Assembly (NCBI GenBank): GCA_046483305.1 | Contig: JAWODM010000046.1 | Location: forward strand, 72,145 to 136,144 | Source: Candidatus Krumholzibacteriales bacterium | GTDB lineage: Bacteria > Krumholzibacteriota > Krumholzibacteriia > Krumholzibacteriales > WJIX01 | Direction: 5' to 3' | DNA length: 64,000 nucleotides | In this document: positions 38,157 through 47,876 of the stretch, piece by piece | Position numbering within the stretch: position 1 is the first letter of the stretch | Layout: the number at the start of each line of letters is the position of its first letter | The notes under the pieces: model-generated | Database searches by the model: none | Told to the model about the DNA's origin: nothing | Seen by the model: the letters and a program-made list of their open reading frames with translations, nothing else | Program-made: the position numbers and the translations under genes

Positions 38157-39752
38157 ATGAAACAGACGACTATCCTGATAGCTGCGGTTATAGCTGTCTC
38201 CTGTATACTGTCCTCCCCGGCCGGCGCCTTTGATGAAAAGAAACTGGTTGCTCAGCTGAGGGATTACGAAAAAAAGGATTATTACGCTCTCCAGTACCTG
38301 ATGAATAAATACCAGAAAAGGCAGTACCTGACCCTGGATGGCCCCCTCCAGAGGAAGAGATGGATCGAGAATTTCTGGGCCTATAATGACCCCACTCCCT
38401 CCACCGATAGAAATGAACGGAAGATAGAACATGAAAAGAGGGTCAGGGTAGCCCGCAAAATATTCGGGATGGACAAGCCGCCCGGATGGGATGACCGGGG
38501 AGAGACGCTGATACGTTACGGGATGCCCTCGGTCAGGACGAAAACCCCGGGTAATATAGGGTTCTATAAAATGGTCCCCCCCGGAGAATTATGGTATTAC
38601 GAAACCCTGGATATGCTCATATACTTCCAGGATTTCAACCTCAACGGAGTTTATATCTACGCTATCGAGCGGGAGGGCCAGACCTCCAGGCAGACCCTTG
38701 ATCAGCTGAAAGCGATGAGTCAGTTCTATACCCTGAGTAATACCCAGAGGCTGATGTTCACCACCTTCAACGAGATTGAATCACTGGTCGATTTCAACCC
38801 GGACGACATAGATTACAGCGCCGATCCCGACCAGAGGATGAACAGGATCAAGTCTTTCCATGACGCGGTCGAAAAGATGAAGATGGAAAAATCAAAGAGG
38901 AATTTCTACAAATACCTCAGTGAAAATCCCACAATCTATTCTTTCGAAGTAGATCACAAACCGCTGCCGGTCTATTTCGACATCACCAATTTTAAAACGG
39001 AGGGAGAGCTGATCAATTCCGAGGTAGGTTTCGAGATACCCCAGGAAGAGATAAGGTTCATGAAGAAAAGCGGACGCCTGGAGGCCAGGGTAAACATCGG
39101 AGTAATGGCGAGGGACATGGATATGAAAACGGTTGCCTCCGGTTCCGATGTCATCGACATCTCCCAGGAGGAAGGCGATTATTTCAGGGGCCCCCTCTAT
39201 ATTCCCGGCCAGGTAAGCCTGATGCTGCCTCCCGGTTATTACAGAGTGGGGATAGAAGCGTTGGATCTTAATTCCGGCCACCGGGGAGTTTATAATACCA
39301 GCGTTAATATTGAACCGATGGAGAACCGGCTGGCGATGAGCGACATCAAATTTGCCTCGGATATAATTGAAAATGCCGGGGGAGGCAAATTCGAGCGCGG
39401 CGGCTTCAAGATCATACCTCACCCCACCCGCGCATACCGTATACCCTATCCGGTAACCTTCTATTTCGAGATATACGGCCTGGATACCGACCGCGAAGGC
39501 CGAACCCATTACTCCATAAATTATCAGATCACGCCGGTGGGCAAGAGAAGAGAAGGCCCGGTGCTGAAGGAAACATCCACGGTAGTATCCTCGGAGTTCA
39601 GATCAGAGGGTATCGGGTCCACCCAGAATCAGAGACTGCAGATAGCCACCGAAAACCTGTGGAAAGGAAGATTCAGAATCACCGTAGAGGTTCAGGACAG
39701 GCGGTCTCTCCGGACAGTGAAAAAGAGCTCTAAATTCTCGATCCTCGAATAG
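38157..39752 (+). CDS. Exported GWxTD-domain-like protein
   Basis: Signal peptide after GGAGG; FWAYNDPTPST.RNE...EH..RV..A...F followed by GWDDRG...IRYG.P and ELWYY; beta-rich C-terminal domains. Confidence 0.8.
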   Translation: MKQTTILIAAVIAVSCILSSPAGAFDEKKLVAQLRDYEKKDYYALQYLMNKYQKRQYLTLDGPLQRKRWIENFWAYNDPTPSTDRNERKIEHEKRVRVARKIFGMDKPPGWDDRGETLIRYGMPSVRTKTPGNIGFYKMVPPGELWYYETLDMLIYFQDFNLNGVYIYAIEREGQTSRQTLDQLKAMSQFYTLSNTQRLMFTTFNEIESLVDFNPDDIDYSADPDQRMNRIKSFHDAVEKMKMEKSKRNFYKYLSENPTIYSFEVDHKPLPVYFDITNFKTEGELINSEVGFEIPQEEIRFMKKSGRLEARVNIGVMARDMDMKTVASGSDVIDISQEEGDYFRGPLYIPGQVSLMLPPGYYRVGIEALDLNSGHRGVYNTSVNIEPMENRLAMSDIKFASDIIENAGGGKFERGGFKIIPHPTRAYRIPYPVTFYFEIYGLDTDREGRTHYSINYQITPVGKRREGPVLKETSTVVSSEFRSEGIGSTQNQRLQIATENLWKGRFRITVEVQDRRSLRTVKKSSKFSILE

Positions 39753-39753
39753 A

Positions 39754-41010
39754 TCAGGTGCCAAGCTGCCAGCTGGCCAGGTACTCCTTCTGTTTCTCGG
39801 TGAGCCTCTCAATCTCGACTCCCAGAGACTCGAGCTTCAGTTCCGCTATATTACGGTCTATACTTTCCGGAACCCGGTAGACTTTCTTTTCCAGGCCGCC
39901 CTGTTCGCTTTTCAGGTATTCCGCTGTAAGGGACTGGTTGGCAAAGCTCATGTCCATAACCGAAGCGGGATGGCCTTCGGCGCCGGCCAGGTTAATCAGC
40001 CTGCCTTCACCCAGCAGAATCAGTTTTCTGCCGTCGGGCATGGTATACCTTACCAGGTTATCCCTGACCGTCTCTTTGCTCTCAGCCATCTCCTCCAGTT
40101 CCGGGATATCTATCTCAACATTGAAATGGCCCGAATTTGCGATAATCGCGCCATCTTTCATGATCCTGAAATGCTCCTCCCTGATAACCGAGATGTCCCC
40201 GGTCAGGGTAACGAACAGATCGCCGAATTCCGCGGCCTCCATGGATGGGGCCACGTTGTAGCCGTCCATCAGAGCTTCCAGAGCTCTTACCGGGTTAACT
40301 TCCACTACCGTGACTATCGCGCCCATCCCCCTGGCCCGCATTGCGAAACCTCTTCCGCACCATCCGTAACCGAAAACCACCACCCTCTTGCCTGCCAGAA
40401 GCATATTGGTGGAGCGGATGATCCCGTCCACGGTACTCTGCCCGGTTCCGTACCTGTTATCGAATAAATGCTTGGTTTCGGCGTCGTTGACCGCGACTAT
40501 AGGATAGGCCAGCACTCCGTTCTTTTCCATGCTCCTGAGACGGATTACCCCGGTAGTGGTTTCCTCGGAGCCGCCTATCATATTATCTATGAGTTCCCGC
40601 CGGCTCTTGTGGAGGGTACTTACCAGGTCCGCTCCGTCATCCATGGTTATATGAGGCTCAATATCGAGCACCGTATTTATATGCTCGTAGTAAAGCCTGT
40701 TATCCTCGCCCCTCACCGCGAATACCGGAATTTCGTAATCTTTTATGAGGGAGGCGGCTACGTCATCCTGTGTGCTGAGCGGATTGGAGGCGCACAGCGC
40801 CGTTTCCGCTCCCCCCGCCTTTAATGTTCTCATAAGATTGGCAGTTTCTGTGGTAACGTGAAGACAGGCGGCAATCCTCACCCCTTCCAGCGGTTTTTCC
40901 TTCGCAAACCGCTCCCTGATCAATTCCAGAACCGGCATATTGCTGTCCGCCCATTCTATTCTCTTCCTGCCCCGGGGGGCCAACCCTTCATCCTTGCAGT
41001 CGTATTTCAT
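39754..41010 (-). CDS. ahcY: Adenosylhomocysteinase
   Basis: [58 protein letters not shown]. Confidence 0.98.
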   Translation of the reverse strand: MKYDCKDEGLAPRGRKRIEWADSNMPVLELIRERFAKEKPLEGVRIAACLHVTTETANLMRTLKAGGAETALCASNPLSTQDDVAASLIKDYEIPVFAVRGEDNRLYYEHINTVLDIEPHITMDDGADLVSTLHKSRRELIDNMIGGSEETTTGVIRLRSMEKNGVLAYPIVAVNDAETKHLFDNRYGTGQSTVDGIIRSTNMLLAGKRVVVFGYGWCGRGFAMRARGMGAIVTVVEVNPVRALEALMDGYNVAPSMEAAEFGDLFVTLTGDISVIREEHFRIMKDGAIIANSGHFNVEIDIPELEEMAESKETVRDNLVRYTMPDGRKLILLGEGRLINLAGAEGHPASVMDMSFANQSLTAEYLKSEQGGLEKKVYRVPESIDRNIAELKLESLGVEIERLTEKQKEYLASWQLGT

Positions 41011-41049
41011 AAATCCTCATTTCCTTACGGTTTAACAGTTCAACTGCCG

Positions 41050-42192
41050 TTATACCGCAGACCTCAGTTTATCGATATAATCGAGTTTCTCCCAGGTAAA
41101 GTCTTCATCTTCCCGTCCGAAATGTCCGTAGGCTGCAGTCTTCCTGTAGATACCCCTTTTCAGCTTCAGCCTGTCTATTATACCCTCCGGGGTCAGGTCG
41201 AAAACATCTCTGACCAGCTTCGAGAGTTTTTCGTCAGATAATTTTCCGGTGCCGCAGGTATCTACCATAATCGAAAGCGGCTCCACCGTGCCGATGGCGT
41301 AGGCGAGCTGCACTTCGCATTCATCGGCCAGGCCGGCAGCTACTACATTCTTGGCAATGTGCCTGGCGGCATAGGAAGCCGAGCGGTCCACCTTGGTGGG
41401 GTCCTTCCCGGAGAACGCTCCTCCTCCGTGGCTTCCGAATCCCCCGTAGGTATCCACTATGATCTTTCTTCCGGTAAGCCCCGTATCCGCCATGGGCCCG
41501 CCCTTCACGAACCTCCCGGTAGGATTGACCAGAACTTTGTAGTCTCCCCCGTCAATATCAAACTCCGAGATGACCGGCCGGATTACATGTTCCTGGAGGT
41601 CTTCCTTTATCTGATCATTCGAAACTCCGTCCCGGTGCTGAACCGACATCAGAACGGTATGTATCCTTCTGGGCAGATTGTCCAGGTATTCAATGGTGAC
41701 CTGGGACTTGCCGTCCGGCATCAGATAATCCAGCACCGATTCCTTCCTTACATCGGCGGCTCTCTTTACCAGCCGGTGGGCGATACTTATGGGGAGCGGC
41801 ATATAGGTATCGGTCTGCCTGCAGGCGTACCCGAACATCATCCCCTGGTCTCCGGCCCCTCCATGGTTTACCCCCACGGATATATCCTCTGACTGCTCTT
41901 CTATGGTGGTTACCACCGCTGAGGTCTGATAATCGAAACCAAGCTCCGGCATGGTATATCCGATATCCCTTACAACCTCTCTGACCACCCGGGGGATATC
42001 GACATAGATTTTGGTGCTGATCTCGCCGGAAATAAAAGCCAACCCGGTGGTTACCAGAGTTTCGCAGGCAACTCTTCCCTCGCTGTGCTGATTCAGGACT
42101 TCGTCCACAACCGCATCCGAAATCTGGTCGGCGACTTTATCCGGATGGCCTTCCGTCACCGATTCCGAACTGAATAAATGCTTCTCGCTCAT
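41050..42192 (-). CDS. metK: S-adenosylmethionine synthetase
   Basis: [49 protein letters not shown]. Confidence 0.98.
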   Translation of the reverse strand: MSEKHLFSSESVTEGHPDKVADQISDAVVDEVLNQHSEGRVACETLVTTGLAFISGEISTKIYVDIPRVVREVVRDIGYTMPELGFDYQTSAVVTTIEEQSEDISVGVNHGGAGDQGMMFGYACRQTDTYMPLPISIAHRLVKRAADVRKESVLDYLMPDGKSQVTIEYLDNLPRRIHTVLMSVQHRDGVSNDQIKEDLQEHVIRPVISEFDIDGGDYKVLVNPTGRFVKGGPMADTGLTGRKIIVDTYGGFGSHGGGAFSGKDPTKVDRSASYAARHIAKNVVAAGLADECEVQLAYAIGTVEPLSIMVDTCGTGKLSDEKLSKLVRDVFDLTPEGIIDRLKLKRGIYRKTAAYGHFGREDEDFTWEKLDYIDKLRSAV

Positions 42193-42240
42193 GGTTCTCC
42201 TCTCCAAAAGGAAATGTAATTACCGGCACCTCAGTAAAAA

Positions 42241-43239
42241 TTAACCCCTGTCGTCCTCCCGGGGAGAAAGGGTTGAATTATCACTGATATTAAGGCACTT
42301 CCTGTATCCGATCACTTCCGAATAACTGCCCAGAACGCTTCCGGATATAACCGAGTCGCTCACCCTGCTTCCCTCTTCAATTATCGAATTGTCTATAACC
42401 GAGCTGTTTATTTCGCAGCCCTCCGATACGGAGACGTAAGGGCCCACTAGCGATCTTTCTATAACACAGTTATCCGCTATGGCGCAGGGGGGGATGATTA
42501 ACGAGCCGTCCCTTGACGGCCTGCCCCCATCCTTATCCAGAAGAACCCGGTTGGTCTCCAGCAGGGTCTCTATCTTTCCGCAGTCGTACCAGTCTTCGAT
42601 TCTGTATACCTTGAACTCGGTTCCCTGTTCAATCATCAGCCCCAGGGCATCGGTAATCTGATATTCTCCCTTGGTCCTGATATCCTTCCGGATGATTTCA
42701 CCGCAGGCTTCGAACAGGGGCGATGAATCCTTCAAATAATACAGCCCTACTATGGCAAGGTTGCTTTTGGGCTGATCCGGCTTCTCCTCTATCCCGGTAA
42801 CAATACCGTTCTCGGCTTCCACTATCCCGAAACGGCCCGGATTATCAACTTCCCTGACCCCAAGAACGTAATCTCCCACTCCGGGAATCCGGTTAAAATC
42901 TGTCTCTATAATGGTATCACCCAGAATAATGATCACTTCGGAATTATCGGCATACTCCCTGGCCAGGTTTACCGCGTGGGCTATACCCTTCTGCTCCTCC
43001 TGGACCACAAAATCAGATTTTACGCCGCTGTATCGTGAATTTATATAATCTCTTATTAAATCTCCCTGATAACCGATTATCGGTATCAGCTCATCCACTC
43101 CCATTCCTATGAGGCTGTCTATAATATGGCCCAGCATCGGCCTCCCGGCGACACTGACCAGAGCTTTCGGCCTGGTATATGTATGGGGACGAAGCCTTTT
43201 GCCTATCCCCGCCGCAGGTATTACCGCTTTCATATTCAC
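42241..43239 (-). CDS. Sugar-1-phosphate nucleotidyltransferase (long-form glucose-1-phosphate thymidylyltransferase-like, C-terminal left-handed beta-helix)
   Basis: AAGIGKRLRPHT..RPKAL, EEKP, GEYQITDAL, WYDCG, hexapeptide repeats; substrate not determinable. Confidence 0.88.
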   Translation of the reverse strand: MNMKAVIPAAGIGKRLRPHTYTRPKALVSVAGRPMLGHIIDSLIGMGVDELIPIIGYQGDLIRDYINSRYSGVKSDFVVQEEQKGIAHAVNLAREYADNSEVIIILGDTIIETDFNRIPGVGDYVLGVREVDNPGRFGIVEAENGIVTGIEEKPDQPKSNLAIVGLYYLKDSSPLFEACGEIIRKDIRTKGEYQITDALGLMIEQGTEFKVYRIEDWYDCGKIETLLETNRVLLDKDGGRPSRDGSLIIPPCAIADNCVIERSLVGPYVSVSEGCEINSSVIDNSIIEEGSRVSDSVISGSVLGSYSEVIGYRKCLNISDNSTLSPREDDRG

Positions 43240-44306
43240 TCCGTTCTCAGTTTATCCTTTACCAATTCTATTCTCTGTATCGGCGCCGGATCGATCCCCC
43301 TTCTGAGGGCCAGGTAGACGCTGGACATATCCCCCAGAACCACAGTACTCAGCAGCCGCTGGGCTCTGGTTGCCGCACCCCCCGGGAACCAGCTTCCGCT
43401 TTCTATCTTGATAATTTCGACGCCGATATCCTCCAGCATGGATGCGGTTATCGCCATTCTCTTCTTGACCCGGGGGTGATCATCCCTGTCGTTGAGCATT
43501 ATTACAGTCATCTTTTTCCTTATATCTTCCGGACAATCCCATCCCATTATTTCATTATGGCCCAGCTCCGGGAAAATGTTCGAGAATGCCATCACCTTGC
43601 TGTTTTCATTAAACTGGCACTTCCAACGGTAAGCGGCTCCGTTGAGCAGGGAACCTCCCGAATATATGAGCGGAATTCTGTCAAATAACTTCTCCGAGAT
43701 CTTCATGGCCGGATTATTTATGAAATCCGGGGCGACATTCTTCAAGGCGGCTTCAACAGTCTCCAGCAGAGAACTGAAATCCTTTTCATCCATCCTGATC
43801 ATTCCCCATCCGGAAATAAACCTGAGCAGCGGCGCCAGCAGGGAACCGATAGCCGCCCTGGGAGGCAGCCCTCCCCTGACTTTAACCGTGTCCACCCCCG
43901 ATTCGGCAGCCTCCCGCTCCAGAATTCCTCCCGAAGTTATTACCCCCACTCCGCAATTCCTGTTGAGAGCCTCCCGGAACAGAGCGATTATTTCTTCGGT
44001 GTTGCCGCTGTAGCTGACGCAGATTACAGTGGTGCTCGAATCAGCGAACCTGGGAAGCAGATATCCCCTCTCCACATGTATTGGAAATCTGTTTCCCGCT
44101 CCGGCCAGGTCCCTGGCCAGTTCCGCCCCTATTGCCGACCCTCCCATACCGCAAACCACCAGACCTCCACCTGCGGAAGGCGGGCGGAGTGATAAATCTC
44201 CCGCCTTCTTCCATCCGTCCCGCATCTGATCCGGGATGGACAGAACCATTCCTGCCATTCCCGATCTATCGTATCTGCTTATTATTTCATCGGTTATATC
44301 ATGCAT
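43236..44306 (-). CDS. Bifunctional phosphoglucose/phosphomannose isomerase (SIS family)
   Basis: GMGGSAIG, SYSGNTEE, RWKCQFNENSK, PELGHNE. Confidence 0.92.
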   Translation of the reverse strand: MHDITDEIISRYDRSGMAGMVLSIPDQMRDGWKKAGDLSLRPPSAGGGLVVCGMGGSAIGAELARDLAGAGNRFPIHVERGYLLPRFADSSTTVICVSYSGNTEEIIALFREALNRNCGVGVITSGGILEREAAESGVDTVKVRGGLPPRAAIGSLLAPLLRFISGWGMIRMDEKDFSSLLETVEAALKNVAPDFINNPAMKISEKLFDRIPLIYSGGSLLNGAAYRWKCQFNENSKVMAFSNIFPELGHNEIMGWDCPEDIRKKMTVIMLNDRDDHPRVKKRMAITASMLEDIGVEIIKIESGSWFPGGAATRAQRLLSTVVLGDMSSVYLALRRGIDPAPIQRIELVKDKLRTE

Positions 44307-44314
44307 AATGCAGA

Positions 44315-46123
44315 TCAGTCAAATTTTAACGCTGTTTTCGGTATAAATTCTCTAAGCTCCGGCCTTTTGTCATTGATAAATTTAATCAGCATCTCGCGGA
44401 CTTCCCCGGCTGTGGATTTCCTCAGAATATTCCTTATCAGGGCATGAGTTTCATCAAAGGTCACCGACCTTATTATCTTCTTTATCTCAGGGATCAGATA
44501 TGACGGCGCGCTGATTTCATCCAGCCCGATCCCGATCAGTGGCAATACCCCCAGAGCCCCCTCACTTACAGCCATCTCGCCGCAGAGGCCGACCCATATA
44601 TCCCTCTTCCTTGCCGCTTTGACAGTATCCCTGATCAACCTGATAATACTGGGATGGAGGGGATCGTATAGATAAGAAATCCGGCTGTTTCCCCTGTCCA
44701 CCGCCAGGGCGTACTGTACCAGGTCATTCGAACCAATACTGAAGAAATCGACTTCCCGTCCCAGCTTGCTTGCCAGAGCTACCGCGGAAGGGGTCTCGAT
44801 CATGATTCCTACCTCGATATCCTCATCGATAATGTATCTTTCCCTGAGCAGGTCCTCCTTTACCTCTTCACATATCCTCTTCGATTCCAGGACCTCCTCC
44901 ATCACCGAAATCATCGGGAACATAATCTTGACCTTGCCGTGAGCGGAAGCCCGGTATAAGGCTCTCAGCTGCGATCTGAAAATATCTTTTCTGGACAGAG
45001 AAAACCTGATTCCGCGCCATCCCATGAAAGGATTGGCTTCGTCAATGTCGCTCATCCATTCAGCCATCTTATCTCCGCCGACATCCAGGGTTCTGAATAT
45101 CACCGAATCAGGAGCTACTTTTTCAACCACCTCTCTGTAATAACGGTACTGAATCTCCTCGCTGGGAAGAGAAGAACGGGTTATGAAGAAATATTCGGTT
45201 CTGAAGAGGCCTATCCCCCGGGCTCCGTGGCTGTGAACATCCTTGATCTCGTCCACGGTCTCGACATTCCCGCTGAGGCCGAAGGTGCGTCCGTCCAGAG
45301 TCTCCGCCGGATAATCCTTGAGGGTCAGCAGTTCCTTTTCCATTTCCCTGAATTTTTCTCTGGCGTCTTTGTAAAGGGATATGGTGTCTTCGTCGGGATG
45401 CAGAATTACCTGACCGGTGGTTCCATCAACTATTATCTTATCGTGGGGCTTTACCAGGCGGGAAAATTCCCGAAGTCCCACTACCGCCGGGATACCATGC
45501 GATCTGGCCATAATAGCCGCGTGAGAGGTCGTGCCCCCGATATCCGAGACGAATGCCTGGACATGCTTGCGGTCGAACCCGAGAGTATCGGAAGGAGTCA
45601 GGTTTCTTCCCACTACTATCGCTTTTTGCTTGAGATTTTTCAAACCTGTCTGTTCCTGCCCCAGCAGCTTTCTGGTGATACGGCCCTTCACATCCCTGAT
45701 ATCTTCAGCCCTTTCGCTGAGATACTGGTCCTGCATTCTTTCGAATGATTTAAGGATCTTGTCGAAGGTGTTTTCAACCGCCCAGGCGGCATTTACCTTT
45801 TCATCCCTGATATATTTTTCGGTCTCCTTTATCATGGAATTGTCTTCCACTATCATAATATGGGTATCCACTATCCTGGCGTGATTCTCGCCCATATCTT
45901 CGGCAAGTTTACGATAAAGTTCCTTCAGTTCTTTTCTGATTATCTTCAGAGCGCTCCTGAACTTCTCAATCTCACCTTCCACCTGATCGCCGCTGATTCT
46001 GGTGGTGGGAACGGACATTTCATCCACATTAAGAACATAGACTTCCCCTATGGCGATCCCCGGAGAGACCGCGATGCCGTTCATGATCAGTTCTTTCTTA
46101 TCATTCCGGCTGTTATTGTTCAT
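44315..46123 (-). CDS. ptsI: PTS enzyme I (PEP-protein phosphotransferase)
   Basis: GGTTSHAAIMAR (phospho-His), GIGLFRTE, RTLDVGGDK, SIGSNDL.QY, CGEMA. Confidence 0.96.
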   Translation of the reverse strand: MNNNSRNDKKELIMNGIAVSPGIAIGEVYVLNVDEMSVPTTRISGDQVEGEIEKFRSALKIIRKELKELYRKLAEDMGENHARIVDTHIMIVEDNSMIKETEKYIRDEKVNAAWAVENTFDKILKSFERMQDQYLSERAEDIRDVKGRITRKLLGQEQTGLKNLKQKAIVVGRNLTPSDTLGFDRKHVQAFVSDIGGTTSHAAIMARSHGIPAVVGLREFSRLVKPHDKIIVDGTTGQVILHPDEDTISLYKDAREKFREMEKELLTLKDYPAETLDGRTFGLSGNVETVDEIKDVHSHGARGIGLFRTEYFFITRSSLPSEEIQYRYYREVVEKVAPDSVIFRTLDVGGDKMAEWMSDIDEANPFMGWRGIRFSLSRKDIFRSQLRALYRASAHGKVKIMFPMISVMEEVLESKRICEEVKEDLLRERYIIDEDIEVGIMIETPSAVALASKLGREVDFFSIGSNDLVQYALAVDRGNSRISYLYDPLHPSIIRLIRDTVKAARKRDIWVGLCGEMAVSEGALGVLPLIGIGLDEISAPSYLIPEIKKIIRSVTFDETHALIRNILRKSTAGEVREMLIKFINDKRPELREFIPKTALKFD

Positions 46124-46392
46124 TGCTCCCCTTCTGAGAAACCTCTATCAAAAAGCTTCTTAAGAAGTTTCAGGGCCTCATCCTCGTCTTCTCCGTCCGC
46201 CCTGATTCTAAGCTCCGTTCCGTATCCGGCTCCCAGTCCCGCAACACTTAATATACTCTTGGCGTTAACTTCCTCCCCGTCCTTGATAATATGGATATCA
46301 GAACTGAACCTGCTGGAATTTTTAACCAGCTCGCCGGCCAGCCTGAGATGCATTCCATTCCTGTTAGACACTTTTACCTGAATCTCTTTCAC
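46120..46392 (-). CDS. ptsH: Phosphocarrier protein HPr
   Basis: NRNGMHLR (His15 equivalent), VNAKSIL (Ser46 equivalent), ADGEDE; probable GTG start at 46392. Confidence 0.92.
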   Translation of the reverse strand: MKEIQVKVSNRNGMHLRLAGELVKNSSRFSSDIHIIKDGEEVNAKSILSVAGLGAGYGTELRIRADGEDEDEALKLLKKLFDRGFSEGEQ

Positions 46393-46430
46393 TTGCCATC
46401 CGTTTCCCTGAAATTGCCTGTACTCCGTTC

Positions 46431-47159
46431 TCAAAAGTCCACTACCGAAAGCAGCACCGTCATCAGAACGAATACTATGATTACGCTGAAAACCGGAGAA
46501 TATTTTCTTCTAAGCAGAGTTACCGCGGCGACAGCGGCCAAGCCTGCGATTAAAACGGGCGCCCCGCCGAAGCGATACCCCCGGAATAATGCTATGGAAG
46601 TAAAAACACCTGCCGTGAAAGCTGTTGCGCCCCTCAATACTCCGCTTATTCTCGCTATATCTTCAAAAAATCCGGTTCCAGCCTCCTGACCCAGTTTTAA
46701 CCCCCTGTAATACCCGACTATTCTAAACCTGAAATGAAAGTAGTTATAAAAGAGCAGGAAAACCAGAGGGCCGATGTACAACCGGTATATAGTAAAAATA
46801 CATACGATTGTCAATGCCATTGGCATAAAAATAACCTCAAAGAATTCATCTCCCTTGGCGGTGAGAGCCGAGGACAGGGTGCTCTTCACTCTCTCTATCT
46901 GGCTGGCGCCGGCCTTATCCGCGGACTGCTCCATTTTCTGGGTCACTCCCACCACCATCCCCGCCAGGACCGGGTTTGAATTGAAATAATCAAAGTGTCT
47001 TTCGGCGAAGGCGGCCTTCTTTCCGCGGCTGCCTCCGGAAAGCTTTCTGAAAAGAGGCATCAGGGCGAAAAAGAAACCCAGCCCGTCATGAAACTTGTCG
47101 TTTCTGGAATTCTGGATCAGAAATAATCTCCACAGTATTTTCAGGTTAAGCATAATCAT
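46431..47159 (-). CDS. PTS mannose/fructose/sorbose family IID component (divergent)
   Basis: RHFDYFNSNP, GD motif, GP..FL..YN, GY..G; position in the PTS cluster. Confidence 0.8.
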   Translation of the reverse strand: MIMLNLKILWRLFLIQNSRNDKFHDGLGFFFALMPLFRKLSGGSRGKKAAFAERHFDYFNSNPVLAGMVVGVTQKMEQSADKAGASQIERVKSTLSSALTAKGDEFFEVIFMPMALTIVCIFTIYRLYIGPLVFLLFYNYFHFRFRIVGYYRGLKLGQEAGTGFFEDIARISGVLRGATAFTAGVFTSIALFRGYRFGGAPVLIAGLAAVAAVTLLRRKYSPVFSVIIVFVLMTVLLSVVDF

Positions 47160-47164
47160 ATTAA

Positions 47165-47866
47165 TCAGATAAAAGCTAATACAGCCCCCGCGATAATCAG
47201 GCCTGAAAGAAACCAGAATGCCTGATACTTAAATAGAACAATTCTGAGAAGAGAACCTATTCCGATAAAGGGAATGAAAATATAGAGTATTTCCAGGGGG
47301 CCGATGAACCCCGCATGGGCCGAGACAGCTTCAGCGGCCAGGAGGTAACCGGCCGGTATCAGTATCAGACAGATCACGAAACCTGCCAGAAAATGAAACC
47401 CCAGCATGGATAAATGAAGGAAAGATGCCCGGCGGTAATCTCCTTCCCTGCTTCGTTCCAGCGCCTTTTCGACGGCCCGCGACAGGCGAGATCTTATAAA
47501 TCTGTAAAGATAATATCCCAGCAGGCCGCCCAGTATACCTATGAGCAGAGAAGCTGCCATGACCATTCCTGATACAGAGAGGTCGCCGGCCATCCTGAGG
47601 TCAACCAGAATAAATACGGCCGCCGATATAACTCCCGCTGAAGGTATATCCAGGTCCCTCTCCCCCCTCAGATAGATATTGCCCAGAAAGATAATCTGAA
47701 GCAAAGTTCCGGCAAGAATCCCCTTCGACGGCTCGCCCAGCATCAGGCCGGCCAGAAGGCCGCTGCATACCGGCTGATACAGCATAATCCTGAGAGAGCC
47801 TCTGAAATCAATCGCCAGCAGTCCTCCCAGAACCGACAGAAATATCAGTAATTGCAATTGTGGCAA
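47165..47866 (-). CDS. PTS mannose/fructose/sorbose family IIC component (divergent)
   Basis: Very hydrophobic; QPVCSGLLAGLMLGE...G...G..LQ..FLG pattern; adjacent to IID. Confidence 0.78.
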   Translation of the reverse strand: MPQLQLLIFLSVLGGLLAIDFRGSLRIMLYQPVCSGLLAGLMLGEPSKGILAGTLLQIIFLGNIYLRGERDLDIPSAGVISAAVFILVDLRMAGDLSVSGMVMAASLLIGILGGLLGYYLYRFIRSRLSRAVEKALERSREGDYRRASFLHLSMLGFHFLAGFVICLILIPAGYLLAAEAVSAHAGFIGPLEILYIFIPFIGIGSLLRIVLFKYQAFWFLSGLIIAGAVLAFI

Positions 47867-47876
47867 TATCAGCCTT

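Noticed and set aside
42193..42240. SAM riboswitch upstream of metK
   Set aside because: Under 50 nt of intergenic sequence and no S-box motifs
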